Shown here: positions 26,687-36,517 of the stretch, in pieces
How positions within the stretch are numbered: position 1 is the stretch's first letter
Layout: every line of letters starts with the position of its first letter
Origin: an uncultured Chloroflexia bacterium
Lineage (GTDB): Bacteria > Chloroflexota > Limnocylindria > Limnocylindrales > CSP1-4
Length of the DNA stretch: 64,000 nucleotides
Direction: 5' to 3'
NCBI GenBank assembly: GCA_963746855.1
Contig: CAVVDC010000011.1
Span: forward strand, 11,047 to 75,046
The notes under the pieces: model-generated
The model's database searches: none
The model's input: only the letters and a program-made list of their open reading frames with translations
Told to the model about the DNA's origin: nothing
Translations under genes and position numbers: made by a program

Positions 26687-27586
26687 CTACTTGATGAGGC
26701 CCTGCGCGGTGAGCCAGGTCTTGGCCACGGTCGCGAGGTCCTTCTTGTCGACGGCGACCTGCTTGTAGAGGTCGGCGAGGGTCGCCGTGTCGATCTTGGC
26801 CGACACGTCGTCGAGGAGCTTCGAGAAGGCGGCCTTGTCGGTCTTGGCGAGGAAGTCGTCGCGGACGATCGGCGCGACGTTCTCCGCCGGCTGCGTCCCC
26901 TTGTCGTCCTCGAGGCGGACCCAGCCATTGACGATGATCTCGGGGCCGGTCGAGCAGAGCTCGGCCACGTCGACCGTCTTCTGGAGGAGCGCGTCGGCCA
27001 TCGGGCCGCTGCAGGCATCCAGGAGGGTGACGTTCGTCGGCTCGAGGCCATAGGCGCTCTTGAGCGCGGCCGCACAGACCGGATTCGTCGGGCAGTCGGT
27101 CGCGAGCGCCCACTTGAGGTCGTTCTGATGGGCGGTCAGATCGCTCATCTTCGTGAGGCTGAATTGGTCGGCCGTCTCCTTGCGGACGACGAACGCGTTG
27201 GTGTCCTGTCCCGGCGTGTACGCGAGGACCGTGATGCCCTTGGGCGTCAGCGCCGTCTGGAGCAACTGCTTGTTGGTATCCGAGTTCGTCGTCGTGGTGC
27301 CTGGCGCGTAGTACGCCAATCCGCCGCCGAGGTATTCGGGCTTGAGGTCGATCTGGCCGCTGTCGATGGCCGCAGCCGTGACCTTGCGCGTGCCGAGGCC
27401 GATGCCGGCCCGGTCCACCGTGTAGCCGGCGGCCTCGAGGACCTGTCCGTAGATCTCGGCCACGACCTTGGCTTCATCGAAGCCGTCCGAGCCGATCTTG
27501 ATGGCTGGCTTGCCCCCACCCGTCGAGCAGGCGCCGAACAGCACCAGCACCGACGCCCCGAGGGCAAGCGCGCGGAACAACCGCAT
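26687..27586 (-). CDS. glycine betaine/osmoprotectant ABC transporter substrate-binding lipoprotein
   Basis: MRLFRALALGASVLVLFGACSTGG carries a lipobox. An OpuBC/OsmX-like body follows (...IKIGSDGFDEAKVVAEIYGQVLEAAGY...). Confidence 0.85.
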   Translation of the reverse strand: MRLFRALALGASVLVLFGACSTGGGKPAIKIGSDGFDEAKVVAEIYGQVLEAAGYTVDRAGIGLGTRKVTAAAIDSGQIDLKPEYLGGGLAYYAPGTTTTNSDTNKQLLQTALTPKGITVLAYTPGQDTNAFVVRKETADQFSLTKMSDLTAHQNDLKWALATDCPTNPVCAAALKSAYGLEPTNVTLLDACSGPMADALLQKTVDVAELCSTGPEIIVNGWVRLEDDKGTQPAENVAPIVRDDFLAKTDKAAFSKLLDDVSAKIDTATLADLYKQVAVDKKDLATVAKTWLTAQGLIK

Positions 27587-27638
27587 GGGTCTCCTCCTAT
27601 ACCGTCACGCCGGGAAGCGCGAAAACCCGGCGACCTTA

Positions 27639-28382
27639 TCACGATGTACGTGACAACCCGGTGTCAGGATCTATGCGGAGCGTCACGGCTTCGGTGGCGG
27701 GTCGGCGAAGGCCGGGTGACACCGCGAGTCGGCCGAGAGCCGCGAACGTCGCCTCCGTCACGAGCGACAGCACGGCCACCAGGACGACCCCGCCGAAGAG
27801 CATGCCGTCGTCCTGTTGGGCGAGACCCTCGACGAGGTACCGGCCGAGACCCGGCCCGCCGAAGATCGCCGCAAGGGTCAGCGTCGCGACCACCTGCACC
27901 GCGGCCGACCGGACGCCACCGAGCATGACCGGCAGGGCGACCGGGACCTCGACGCCCCGAACGAGTTGCTCGCCGCGCATCCCCATGCCGCGGCCGGCCT
28001 CGACCAGGTCCGCGTCGACCTCGATGACGCCGGTCTGGGTGTTGACGAGGATCGGCGGGATGGCCAGGACGACCATCGCGATGACCGCGGGGTAGATCTT
28101 GAAGCCGTTCTGCGGGTCGATCGCCGCGGTGATCGGCAGGACGAGCGCGATGACCGCCAGGGTGGGCAGGGCGCGCCCCACGTTCGCGATCTGCGCGACG
28201 GCCCGGGTGCCGCGCCGCGTGTGACCGACCCACAGGCCGAGCGGCAGGGCGATCGCAAGTGCGACCAGGAGCGAGGCGCCGGAGAGGACGACGTGCTCCG
28301 CGGTTCGTGTCGGGATGCCACTCGGCCCGGACCAGTTCGCCGGATCGGTCAGCCAGGCGATCGTCTCGCCCAGGAGTTCCAT
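27639..28382 (-). CDS. osmoprotectant ABC transporter permease
   Basis: 247 aa, 5-6 TM, with an EAA-like loop ...EAGRGMGMRGEQLVRGVEVP... Confidence 0.85.
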   Translation of the reverse strand: MELLGETIAWLTDPANWSGPSGIPTRTAEHVVLSGASLLVALAIALPLGLWVGHTRRGTRAVAQIANVGRALPTLAVIALVLPITAAIDPQNGFKIYPAVIAMVVLAIPPILVNTQTGVIEVDADLVEAGRGMGMRGEQLVRGVEVPVALPVMLGGVRSAAVQVVATLTLAAIFGGPGLGRYLVEGLAQQDDGMLFGGVVLVAVLSLVTEATFAALGRLAVSPGLRRPATEAVTLRIDPDTGLSRTS

Positions 28383-29050
28383 CAGGCGGCCGTCGGTCGC
28401 GCCGCGGTCACGCCCGGTGCCGACCAGGGCGTGATGCGTCGCTCGAGCCGGACCAGGAGGAGGTCGACGCCGACCGCGAGCAGGATCGATGGGATCGCGC
28501 CCATCAGGATCTCGGTCGGGAACGAGTGTCGGTAGCCCTCGAAGATGAAGAAGCCGAGTCCGCCGAACCGGTCACCGAGGATCCCGGTGATGGTCACGAG
28601 GCCGATGGTCGAGACCGTCGCGAGCCGGACGCCGGCGACGATCAACGGGATCGCGAGTGGCAGCTCGATGCGCCAGAGCCGGCGGTCCCGGGGATAGCCC
28701 ATGCCGTCGGCCGACTCGAGGACGTCTCGCGGGACCGTGTCGAAGCCAGCGACGATATTGCGGACGAAGATGAGCAGCGTGTAGACGATCAACGGGATCT
28801 CGGCGGTCAGGATGGAGAGCCCCGTGATCGGGACCAGCAGGGCGAACATCGCCAGGCTCGGGATCGTGAACGCGATGCCGGTCAGCGCGATGATCGGGGC
28901 GTAGACGGCGCGACGTCGGACCGACCAGAGCGCCAGCCCGAACGAGATCAGGAACCCGATCGCCACGGCGATGGCCGCCAGCAGCAGGTGCTGGACGGTC
29001 CGGAACCCCAGTTCGTCGAGATGGTCGGCGAGCCAGGCCCAGTCGATCAT
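28382..29050 (-). CDS. osmoprotectant ABC transporter permease
   Basis: 222 aa. ...ESADGMGYPRDRRLWRIELPLAIP... Its stop overlaps the start of the next gene. Confidence 0.85.
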   Translation of the reverse strand: MIDWAWLADHLDELGFRTVQHLLLAAIAVAIGFLISFGLALWSVRRRAVYAPIIALTGIAFTIPSLAMFALLVPITGLSILTAEIPLIVYTLLIFVRNIVAGFDTVPRDVLESADGMGYPRDRRLWRIELPLAIPLIVAGVRLATVSTIGLVTITGILGDRFGGLGFFIFEGYRHSFPTEILMGAIPSILLAVGVDLLLVRLERRITPWSAPGVTAARPTAA

Positions 29051-30294
29051 CCCGCGGCGTCCGCTGGCACATCGGCGCCATGGGCATCCTCGAGCGGACC
29101 ACTGAGCATCGTCGCGGGTGTCGGTTCGGCCGTCTGGCGCATGAAGTCGGCCACCTGGTCGACGGTGATGATGCCGCGCACCTTCCCGGTGCGGTCCACG
29201 ACGATCCCGGCCTGCACGGCGGCGTCGAGCAGCATGGACAGGGCGTCGCGCAGCGTCGTCCGTCGATCCAGGAGCGGCGACATCGGCTCGGACATCGAGC
29301 CGGAGACCGGACCGCCGGCGGGCAGCAGGTGCTCGTCGATCCAGCCGATCGGCCGCTCCGCCTCGTCGACCAGGAGGGCGTACCGGAACGGGTCGGCGGC
29401 CAGCCGACGACGGACCTCGGCCGCATCGTCGCCGACGCGGGCCAGCACCGAGGCCTGGAGATCGAGCTCGCCGACCCGCCGCAGGGACAGCCGCTTGAGG
29501 CCCCGGTCGGTCCCCACGAACCGGGCCACGAAGTCGTTCGCCGGGGCGCCCAGGATCTCGGCGGGCGGCCCGAACTGGGCGAGCCGGCCGCCGACCTGCA
29601 TGACCGCGACGAGGTCGCCCATCTTGATGGCCTCGTCGATGTCGTGGGTCACGAACAGGATCGTCTTGGCGAGGTCCTCCTGCAGGCGCAGGAACTCGTT
29701 CTGGAGTCGCTCCCGGACGATCGGGTCGACCGCTCCGAACGGCTCGTCCATGAGCATGACCGGCGGGTCCGCGGCGAGGGCCCGCGCGACGCCGACGCGC
29801 TGGCGCTCACCACCCGAGAGCTGGCTTGGGTAGCGGTCGCGGTAGGTGGCGGGGTCGAGACCCACCAACCCGAGCAGCTCCTCCGCCCGCTCCCGACGGC
29901 GGGGCGCCGGCCAGCCGAGCAGTCGTGGGACGACGGCGACGTTCTCGCCGATCGTCTGGTGCGGGAACAGCCCGACCTGCTGGATGACGTAGCCGATCCC
30001 GCGGCGGAGCTCGGTGACCTCGCGGGTGGCCGCGTCGACGCCGTCGAGCAGGATCCGGCCGGCGGTCGGTTCGATCAGGCGGTTGACCATCTTGAGCGAT
30101 GTCGTCTTGCCGCACCCCGACGGCCCCACCAGCACGCAGATCTTCCCGGCCGGCACGACCAGCGAGAGGTCGTTGACCGCGCCCGGGGTGTCCGTGGCGC
30201 TCGAGTCGTAGCGCTTGGTGACGTGCTCGAACTCGACCGTCGCGGCACGCTTGCCCGCGGTCCCGCCGATCGTCGGCGCCGCCTCGCCGGCCAT
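29047..30294 (-). CDS. osmoprotectant ABC transporter ATP-binding protein with C-terminal CBS pair
   Basis: Walker A GPSGCGKTT, signature LSGGERQRV, Walker B VMLMDEP. A CBS-like C-terminal half is present. Confidence 0.9.
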   Translation of the reverse strand: MAGEAAPTIGGTAGKRAATVEFEHVTKRYDSSATDTPGAVNDLSLVVPAGKICVLVGPSGCGKTTSLKMVNRLIEPTAGRILLDGVDAATREVTELRRGIGYVIQQVGLFPHQTIGENVAVVPRLLGWPAPRRRERAEELLGLVGLDPATYRDRYPSQLSGGERQRVGVARALAADPPVMLMDEPFGAVDPIVRERLQNEFLRLQEDLAKTILFVTHDIDEAIKMGDLVAVMQVGGRLAQFGPPAEILGAPANDFVARFVGTDRGLKRLSLRRVGELDLQASVLARVGDDAAEVRRRLAADPFRYALLVDEAERPIGWIDEHLLPAGGPVSGSMSEPMSPLLDRRTTLRDALSMLLDAAVQAGIVVDRTGKVRGIITVDQVADFMRQTAEPTPATMLSGPLEDAHGADVPADAAG

Positions 30295-30309
30295 GGCTGG
30301 GTCGGGTCC

Positions 30310-31260
30310 CTAGCCCCGTTCGACGAGCGGCTTGACCTCGCCGATGAAGCGCTCGAGCGTCTCGGTGTCGAACGGCGCGGGCTGCTCGGAGATGACGGTC
30401 CGGAACCCGAGCTCGACGTACGGACGCAGCCGCTCGGCGATCTGCTCGGACGTGCCGTTCCAGAAGGTCGTGTCGCCCTCGAGGTCCGACAGCGGCGTCC
30501 GGTTGTGGGCCATCGCGGCCTTCCAGACGCGGTCCGCCTCGGCCTCGGAGTCGCGGATCGTCAGCTTCACGCCGAGCGTGAACTCGATCTCGGCGATGTC
30601 CCGACCGACGGCCTCGCAGTGGCCCTGCAGCACCTCGACCTTGTGGGCCATGAGCTCCAACGGACCCATGGCGTTCCACATGTCGGCGTACTTGGCCACG
30701 GTGCGCAGCGTCTTCTTCTCGCCCGACCCGCCGATCATGATGGGCAGGCGCGGCTGCACGGGCAGCGGCAGCTGGCGCAGGTCGTCGAACCGGTAGCGGC
30801 CGCCCGGGGTCGAGGTCACGGAGCCGCCGTCGAGGACGCCGCGCATCGCGCCGACCGCCTCGTCGAGCCAGTCGAGGCGCTGGCCGAAGCCCGAACCGAA
30901 CTCGATGCCATGGGCCCGGTGCTCTGGCTCCATCCAGGCCCCGCCGATGCCCAGGATGGCGCGGCCGCCGCTGATGTGGTCGAGCGTGGTCGCGAGCTTC
31001 GCCACGAGCCCCGGATTGCGGAACGTGTTGGCGCCGACGAGCAGCCCGAGCCGCGTTCGCTCGGTCTCGGGCGCCCACGCGGCGAGCGCCGCCCAGCCCT
31101 CGAAGATCGGCTGGTACGGGTCGCCGAAGATCGCGTACAGGTGGTCCCACGTCCAGAGGTGGTCGTACCCGAGGCGGTCGACGAGTCGCGCTCCCTCGCG
31201 CATCTCGGACCACGAGGCGGCCTGGCTCCAGAGCAGGATGCCGAGCTTCAGGTCAGTCAT
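30310..31260 (-). CDS. LLM-class (luciferase-like) F420-dependent oxidoreductase
   Basis: MTDLKLGILLWSQ...YDHLWTWDHL...GIGGAWMEPEHRAHG... matches the LLM pattern from memory. Confidence 0.8.
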   Translation of the reverse strand: MTDLKLGILLWSQAASWSEMREGARLVDRLGYDHLWTWDHLYAIFGDPYQPIFEGWAALAAWAPETERTRLGLLVGANTFRNPGLVAKLATTLDHISGGRAILGIGGAWMEPEHRAHGIEFGSGFGQRLDWLDEAVGAMRGVLDGGSVTSTPGGRYRFDDLRQLPLPVQPRLPIMIGGSGEKKTLRTVAKYADMWNAMGPLELMAHKVEVLQGHCEAVGRDIAEIEFTLGVKLTIRDSEAEADRVWKAAMAHNRTPLSDLEGDTTFWNGTSEQIAERLRPYVELGFRTVISEQPAPFDTETLERFIGEVKPLVERG

Positions 31261-31317
31261 GCGAGGGGGCCTCCGGGGTGACGTGGGGAGGCCCCGTAGT
31301 CTAGGGGCGCCGGCCGG

Positions 31318-32133
31318 TCACGGCAGGCTCGCGAGGTCCTGCTCGATCAGGGTCCGGTCCTCGGCATCGGCGATCCCCGTGAGGGCCTCGGTCGCCTTGG
31401 CCTTCCACTCGGCCGCGGCCGCGGTGTCCCCGGCGACATGGGACGCGCGAGCCATCGCCTCGTACGCCGCCGGCAGGTCCCAGTCCTCCCGGTTCGGGTC
31501 GGCCTCGGCCAGCTCGACGCAACGCCGGGCATGCCAGAGGGCCGGCTCGGCGTGGCCGAGGACGGAATAGACCCGGGCGCACTGCCACTCCCCACGGGCG
31601 AGGTGGACGTCGTCGCTCACCTCGCCCCAGTGATAGCGCGAGGCGTGCGCCGAGTGGATCAGTTCGTCGTCCTGCGCGGGCGTTCGCGGGTTCGTTTCGA
31701 GCAGGGTCCAGGTGTGGTTGAACAGGCCGACGGCCAGGGCTCGCCTGGTCGCCTGGTCGAGGTCCGGCGGGCCGGGTGGCTTCGTCACGATGGGCTCCTT
31801 CCGTTCGACGACGCCCTTCACGTGGTGGAGGACGCGTTGGAGTCGATAGGTCCGCGCCTCGATCCTGGCGCGGTGGGCGTCCAGGCGTCGCGCCCGCTCG
31901 GCCGGATCGTCCGCGGCGAGGACGTCGCGGATCTCCTCGAGCGGGACCTCCAGCTCGCGGAGGCGCGCGATCGTCCGTGCGTCCTCGAGCTGGCTCGTCC
32001 GGTAGCGGCGGTAGCCGGTGAACTCGTCGATCGCGGCCGGCCGGAGCAGGTCGAGCTCGTCGTAGTGCCGCAGCGCACCGACGCTCAGCCCGGCGAGCCG
32101 GGCGAACCGTCCGATGGGCAACAGGTCGTCCAC
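31318..32133 (-). CDS. MerR family transcriptional regulator with helical C-terminal domain
   Basis: LPIGRFARLAGLSVGALRHYDELDLLRP...YRRY is a MerR HTH. Confidence 0.85.
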   Translation of the reverse strand: MDDLLPIGRFARLAGLSVGALRHYDELDLLRPAAIDEFTGYRRYRTSQLEDARTIARLRELEVPLEEIRDVLAADDPAERARRLDAHRARIEARTYRLQRVLHHVKGVVERKEPIVTKPPGPPDLDQATRRALAVGLFNHTWTLLETNPRTPAQDDELIHSAHASRYHWGEVSDDVHLARGEWQCARVYSVLGHAEPALWHARRCVELAEADPNREDWDLPAAYEAMARASHVAGDTAAAAEWKAKATEALTGIADAEDRTLIEQDLASLP

Positions 32134-32203
32134 GGCGACATCGTGGACCCTCGGGTTACCCGAGAGTCAAGCCCCGATCTCGCGGACGAGGCGTCGGCCG
32201 CGA

Positions 32204-32482
32204 TCAGGCCTGGTCGAGCTCGCGGTCGATGGCGCGCAGGATGAAGCGCGAGGCCTCGGCGCTCTTGCCCCCGAGCTTCTGGCCGTCGTCCTGTTCGAGG
32301 GCCTGCATGAGGTCGTTGAGGAACAGGTCCATCGAGGGCGTCCGTTCCAGGTCGCCGGCGGCGAACGCCGCCTCCAGGCGCGCGACGACGGCCCGGGCGT
32401 TGTCCACGGCATGCCCCTTGGCCGCGATGAGCTCGCGGACCTCGGCCCGGGCGGCGTCAGCGGCGACGGTCTCGGTGGTCAC
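32204..32482 (-). CDS. small helical hypothetical protein
   Basis: 92 aa, 4-nt overlap with the upstream GNAT gene. Protein-like composition. Confidence 0.5.
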   Translation of the reverse strand: MTTETVAADAARAEVRELIAAKGHAVDNARAVVARLEAAFAAGDLERTPSMDLFLNDLMQALEQDDGQKLGGKSAEASRFILRAIDRELDQA

Positions 32483-33177
32483 CGCAGGCGACCGATGGCG
32501 CGACGCAGCCGGTCGGACGTCCCCGAGGCGCCCGCCGCCGCGAGCGGGACGGAGACCTGGTCGCCGTCAGGGGTCGCCCCGGTCTCGCCGGGTCCCACGG
32601 CGACGGGCTCGGCCTCGGCCTGGCGGCGCCGCCAGTCCGACTCGAGCACGCTCATCGCGAGCTCGTCCCACCAGCGCCCGTCACGCCAGATGGATTCGCG
32701 GGCCCGGCCCTCGATGACGAATCCGCAGCGCTTGTAGGCGCGCACGGCGCGCTCGTTGAACTCGAAGACGAACAGGGCGATCCGATGCAGCCCAAGCGTC
32801 CCGAAGGCGTGGTCGAGCATCAGCTGGGTCGCCTCGGTTCCATAGCCCTGGCCCCACGTGTCGGACTCGCCGATCGTGATGTGGTAGAGGGCCGATCCGT
32901 TGTCCGCGTCGAGCTGGCTGAAGGCGCACGTGCCGATCAGCCGGTCCGTGGCGCGGAGGTGGACGGCCATCGCGAGCGCCTCGGGACCGACGACCCGCGC
33001 CGTGAAGAACCGCTCGATCTCCTCGGTCCGCATCGGGTGTTCCTGGTAGCGCGCGAGGCGGGCGATCTCGCGGTCGGCGTACCAGCGCCTGAACGCGGTG
33101 AGGTTCTCGGGCACGTGGCGGCGCAGGACCACCTTGGAACCTGTGATCGACTCGGGGAACCACGTCCGATCGGCCAT
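32479..33177 (-). CDS. GNAT family N-acetyltransferase (RimJ/RimL-like)
   Basis: ORF track gives 32479..33837. Start at ATG (complement 33175-33177, MADRTWFPES...) or at 33198. ...WGQGYGTEATQLMLDHAF...RAVRAYKRCGF... Confidence 0.8.
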   Translation of the reverse strand: MADRTWFPESITGSKVVLRRHVPENLTAFRRWYADREIARLARYQEHPMRTEEIERFFTARVVGPEALAMAVHLRATDRLIGTCAFSQLDADNGSALYHITIGESDTWGQGYGTEATQLMLDHAFGTLGLHRIALFVFEFNERAVRAYKRCGFVIEGRARESIWRDGRWWDELAMSVLESDWRRRQAEAEPVAVGPGETGATPDGDQVSVPLAAAGASGTSDRLRRAIGRLR

Positions 33178-33204
33178 CGCCCCGGCACGGTATACCATCC
33201 CCGG

Positions 33205-34917
33205 ATGCGCCGCTGGAGCGAGCTGGCGGAGCGCCTCGCGGCGACCACGCGGACCTCCGAGAAGACCGCCCTGCTCGCCGACTATCTCCGCACCCTGACG
33301 CCCGATGAGCTGCGGATCGCGGCCGTCTTCCTGACCGGCCGGCCGTTCCCGGAGGCGGACCAGCGCGCCGCGGGGCTCGGCTGGGCCGCGATCGCCACGA
33401 CCGTCGCGGACCTGGCGGGCAGCGATCGAGCGGCGCTCGGCGAGGCCTACGACCGGCACTCGGACCTGGGCCTCGCCGTCGCCGACGTCCTGACGCTGGC
33501 GGGCCATGCGCCGCCGCCACCGGCTCCGACGCTGCCCGAGGTGGCCGCCGCGTTCGAGGCGATCGAGGTGGCCTCGGGCCCGGCCCGCAAGTCCGCCATC
33601 CTCGGGACGCTTCTCGCTCGAGCTGACCCGCTGACGGCCAAGTACATCGTCAAGGTGCTCGGGGGCGAGCTCCGGATCGGCCTGCGCGAGGGTCTGCTGG
33701 AGGCCGCCATCGCCCAGGCCTTCGATCGTCCCCTCGACGACGTGAAGTGGGCCGGCATGCTCTCGGGCGACATCGGCCGGCTGGCGACATTGGCTCGCGA
33801 CGATTCCCTTGCCCTGGCCGAGATGACCCTGTTCCATCCGCTCAAGTTCATGCTCGCCTCACCGGCCGAGGACGCCGCCGAGATCGTCAAGCGGCTGGGA
33901 CCGGAGGTGTGGGTCGAGGACAAGTACGACGGGATCCGTGCCCAGCTCCACAAACGGGGCGACGTCGTCCGGCTCTTCTCGCGCGACCTGCACGACGTGA
34001 CCGGCCAGTTCCCGGAGGTGGCCGACGCGGCGCAAGTCCTGCCATGGGACGGGATCCTCGATGGTGAGATCCTGGCCTGGAAGGACGGCGCGGTCCTGCC
34101 GTTCGTCTCGCTCCAGACCCGTCTCGGCCGGAAGACCCCATCGGCGGCGATCCAGGCCGAGGTCCCGGTGATCTACGTCGCGTTCGATGCCCTCGCCCTG
34201 GGGCCGGGCGGCGATAACGCGGTCGAGCCGCTGCTCCGTGAGCCGCTGACGGAGCGCCGTCGGCGGCTGGATGCGCTGGACCTGCCCGGCGCCGACGACG
34301 GCGGGCGCTTCGCGCGCTCGAACCTCGCGGTCGCCGCCGACGCCGAAGCGCTCGAGGTGGCCTTCGCCGGCGCCCGCGCGCGGCGGAACGAGGGCCTGAT
34401 GGTCAAGGACCCGGCGAGCGGCTATTCGCCCGGCCGTCGCGGGCTCGGCTGGCTGAAGATGAAGAAGGCCCTGGCCACGATCGATTGCGTCGTCGTCGGC
34501 GTCGAGGTGGGCCACGGCAAGCGGCACGGGGTGCTGAGCGACTACACGTTCGCGGTGCGCGACACCGAGCACGATTCCCTCGTCACGATCGGCAAGGCCT
34601 ACAGCGGCCTGACCGACGCCGAGATCGCCGAGATGACCCGCTGGTTCGAGGCCCACACGATCGCCCGGTTCGGGCGATATCGCCAGGTCGAGCCGACCGT
34701 CGTGGTCGAGATCGGGTTCGACGTCATCCTCCGCTCGAACCGGCACAAGTCCGGGTTCAGCCTGCGCTTCCCTCGGATCATCGACCTGCGGCGCGACAAG
34801 TCGCCCGACGAGATCGACACGATCGAGACCGTGACCGCGCTGTATGAAGGCCTGCAGGCCGGCGCCGAGCACCTGGTGACCGCCGGCGCCAGGAACGCGG
34901 CCGCGTTGCGGGGATGA
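33205..34917 (+). CDS. ATP-dependent DNA ligase
   Basis: ATG 33205 in the frame of ORF 32785..34917. Adenylation motif I VEDKYDGIR, followed by ...EGLMVKD... and ...WLKMKK... Confidence 0.9.
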   Translation: MRRWSELAERLAATTRTSEKTALLADYLRTLTPDELRIAAVFLTGRPFPEADQRAAGLGWAAIATTVADLAGSDRAALGEAYDRHSDLGLAVADVLTLAGHAPPPPAPTLPEVAAAFEAIEVASGPARKSAILGTLLARADPLTAKYIVKVLGGELRIGLREGLLEAAIAQAFDRPLDDVKWAGMLSGDIGRLATLARDDSLALAEMTLFHPLKFMLASPAEDAAEIVKRLGPEVWVEDKYDGIRAQLHKRGDVVRLFSRDLHDVTGQFPEVADAAQVLPWDGILDGEILAWKDGAVLPFVSLQTRLGRKTPSAAIQAEVPVIYVAFDALALGPGGDNAVEPLLREPLTERRRRLDALDLPGADDGGRFARSNLAVAADAEALEVAFAGARARRNEGLMVKDPASGYSPGRRGLGWLKMKKALATIDCVVVGVEVGHGKRHGVLSDYTFAVRDTEHDSLVTIGKAYSGLTDAEIAEMTRWFEAHTIARFGRYRQVEPTVVVEIGFDVILRSNRHKSGFSLRFPRIIDLRRDKSPDEIDTIETVTALYEGLQAGAEHLVTAGARNAAALRG

Positions 34918-34954
34918 CCTTCCCGGACCCGGTCCGGGAGCGTATCGTCTGCGC

Positions 34955-35659
34955 ATGTACGACGCCACCCAGGGCACCGGGGCCAACGCGGTCCTGACCC
35001 TCTACACCGACACCTTCGTCATCAAGGGCGGCCTCGAGACCCGGCAGCGTCGCGTCACCGACATGCTGAACCTGGCCGAGGACCCGTTCATCGTCCTCGC
35101 CGACGTCACCTTCGACGAATTCGGCACGTTGGGGCGCACGGTGCGCGCCGATTTCGCCCAGGTGAACCTGGGCTCGATCCTCTTTGCCGTCGCCGACACG
35201 CCCGCGGAACCGGCGCCAGAGCTGCGCACGCACAAGATCGAGCAGCGCGCCATCGTCTCGATCCCGCCGTTCAAGGTCACGGGCTACATCCACCTGCTCG
35301 CCGAGCGAAGCCTGCGCGTCGCACTCGATGAGCTCACGGGCAAGTTCCTGCCGGTCACGGAGGCGACGTACTGGTCCGACACGCTCGGCGAACCGCGCGC
35401 GACAGCGGCCCTCGTGGCGATCAACCGGGCCCTCTCCCAGATCGTGGCGCCCCACCAGGAGGTCGACCCGTGGGCCGGCCTCGACCAGATCGTGCCCGCT
35501 GAAGGTGGGTTCGCCGCCGAACCGGCGCCCGACGCCGGTCCATCCGCCTCCTCGGCCTGGCCCGAGGACTCGCCCCCGGCACCGGGCCCATCGTCGGTGT
35601 GGCCCGAGGGGGAGTCGGCGTGGTCAGGCGAGGATCGCTCGGGGGAACCCCAGAGCTAG
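34955..35659 (+). CDS. hypothetical protein
   Basis: 234 aa. The N-terminal ~170 aa are globular and the tail is Pro/Ser/Trp-rich. I recognise no motif. Confidence 0.55.
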   Translation: MYDATQGTGANAVLTLYTDTFVIKGGLETRQRRVTDMLNLAEDPFIVLADVTFDEFGTLGRTVRADFAQVNLGSILFAVADTPAEPAPELRTHKIEQRAIVSIPPFKVTGYIHLLAERSLRVALDELTGKFLPVTEATYWSDTLGEPRATAALVAINRALSQIVAPHQEVDPWAGLDQIVPAEGGFAAEPAPDAGPSASSAWPEDSPPAPGPSSVWPEGESAWSGEDRSGEPQS

Positions 35660-36510
35660 CGATCGACCGGCAGGTCGAGCCGGTTGCCCCACTCCGCCCA
35701 GCCGCCGTCATAGACGGCCACGTCCTCGTGGCCGAGGAGCGTCAGGACGAAGGCGAGCTTGGCCGCGGCCACGCCCGACCCGTCATAGCAGACCATCCGT
35801 CGGCCGCGGCTGACGTTGTAGCCGTGGAGCTGGTCGCGTAGCTCGGCCCCGTCGCGCAGGCGCTGGCCACCCGGCCGGCTCGTGGCCCCGACGGGCACGT
35901 TGAGGGCGCCCGGGATGTGGCCGAGGCGTTTCGTGTTCCCCTCGAAGCCGCGGTACTCGGCCGCAGCGCGCGCGTCGACGAGGGTCACATCGGGTGACCC
36001 GAGCAGGCCACGGACGTCGGCGGTCGTCAGGCGCATCCGGTTCGGGCCGCGCAGCGTCAGCGTGGTGGTGCCCGGCGTGGCTTCGGCGTTCGAGACCGGT
36101 CGACCTTCCTTGACCCACTCGGGGAAGCCGCCGTCGAGGATGCGCACGGACTCGACGCCGTAGGTGCGCAGGCTCCACCAGGCGCGCGCGGCGAACAGGC
36201 TCTGACTGTCGTCGTAGAGGACGACCGTGGTGCCGTCGCCGATGCCCAGGCGGGAGGCCACGGCGGCCATCCGGTCGGGGCCCACGAGCAGGAGCGAATC
36301 GCCCGCCTCGTCGGGCTCGATGAGATCGACCCGCCAGTCGAGATGGGCCGCGCCGGGGATGTGGCCGCTCGCGTGGACGGCCGCTCCGCTGCCGTCCGGC
36401 CGCCAGCGCGCATCGACGATCCGGACCCCCGGCCGACCCAGACGCTCCGCCAGCCAATCGGTGGTCGCCAGGTGCTCGGGTCGGGCCAGACCACTCATCG
36501 CCGGTATCAT
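35656..36510 (-). CDS. thiosulfate/3-mercaptopyruvate sulfurtransferase (two rhodanese domains)
   Basis: ...VRIVDARW...GHIPGAAHLDW... and a second domain with the active-site loop CYDGSGVAA. The start may instead be at 36498. Confidence 0.8.
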   Translation of the reverse strand: MIPAMSGLARPEHLATTDWLAERLGRPGVRIVDARWRPDGSGAAVHASGHIPGAAHLDWRVDLIEPDEAGDSLLLVGPDRMAAVASRLGIGDGTTVVLYDDSQSLFAARAWWSLRTYGVESVRILDGGFPEWVKEGRPVSNAEATPGTTTLTLRGPNRMRLTTADVRGLLGSPDVTLVDARAAAEYRGFEGNTKRLGHIPGALNVPVGATSRPGGQRLRDGAELRDQLHGYNVSRGRRMVCYDGSGVAAAKLAFVLTLLGHEDVAVYDGGWAEWGNRLDLPVDR

Positions 36511-36517
36511 ACGGACC

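Noticed and set aside
29080-31281. 733-aa plus-strand ORF and the 468-aa minus-strand ORF 29807..31213
   Set aside because: Both overlap the ABC ATPase and LLM oxidoreductase genes, which have unambiguous motifs in other frames. These are shadow ORFs.
32204-33177. GNAT toxin plus small antitoxin pair
   Set aside because: The GNAT is a 232-aa RimJ/RimL-like enzyme, not the ~170-aa TacT/AtaT type. The small gene lies downstream rather than upstream and shows no RHH or DUF1778-like features.
34922-34938. Terminator hairpin after the DNA ligase gene
   Set aside because: It has only a 7-bp stem and a 3-nt loop, with no U tract, and lies 17 nt before the next start codon. This is too weak to call.
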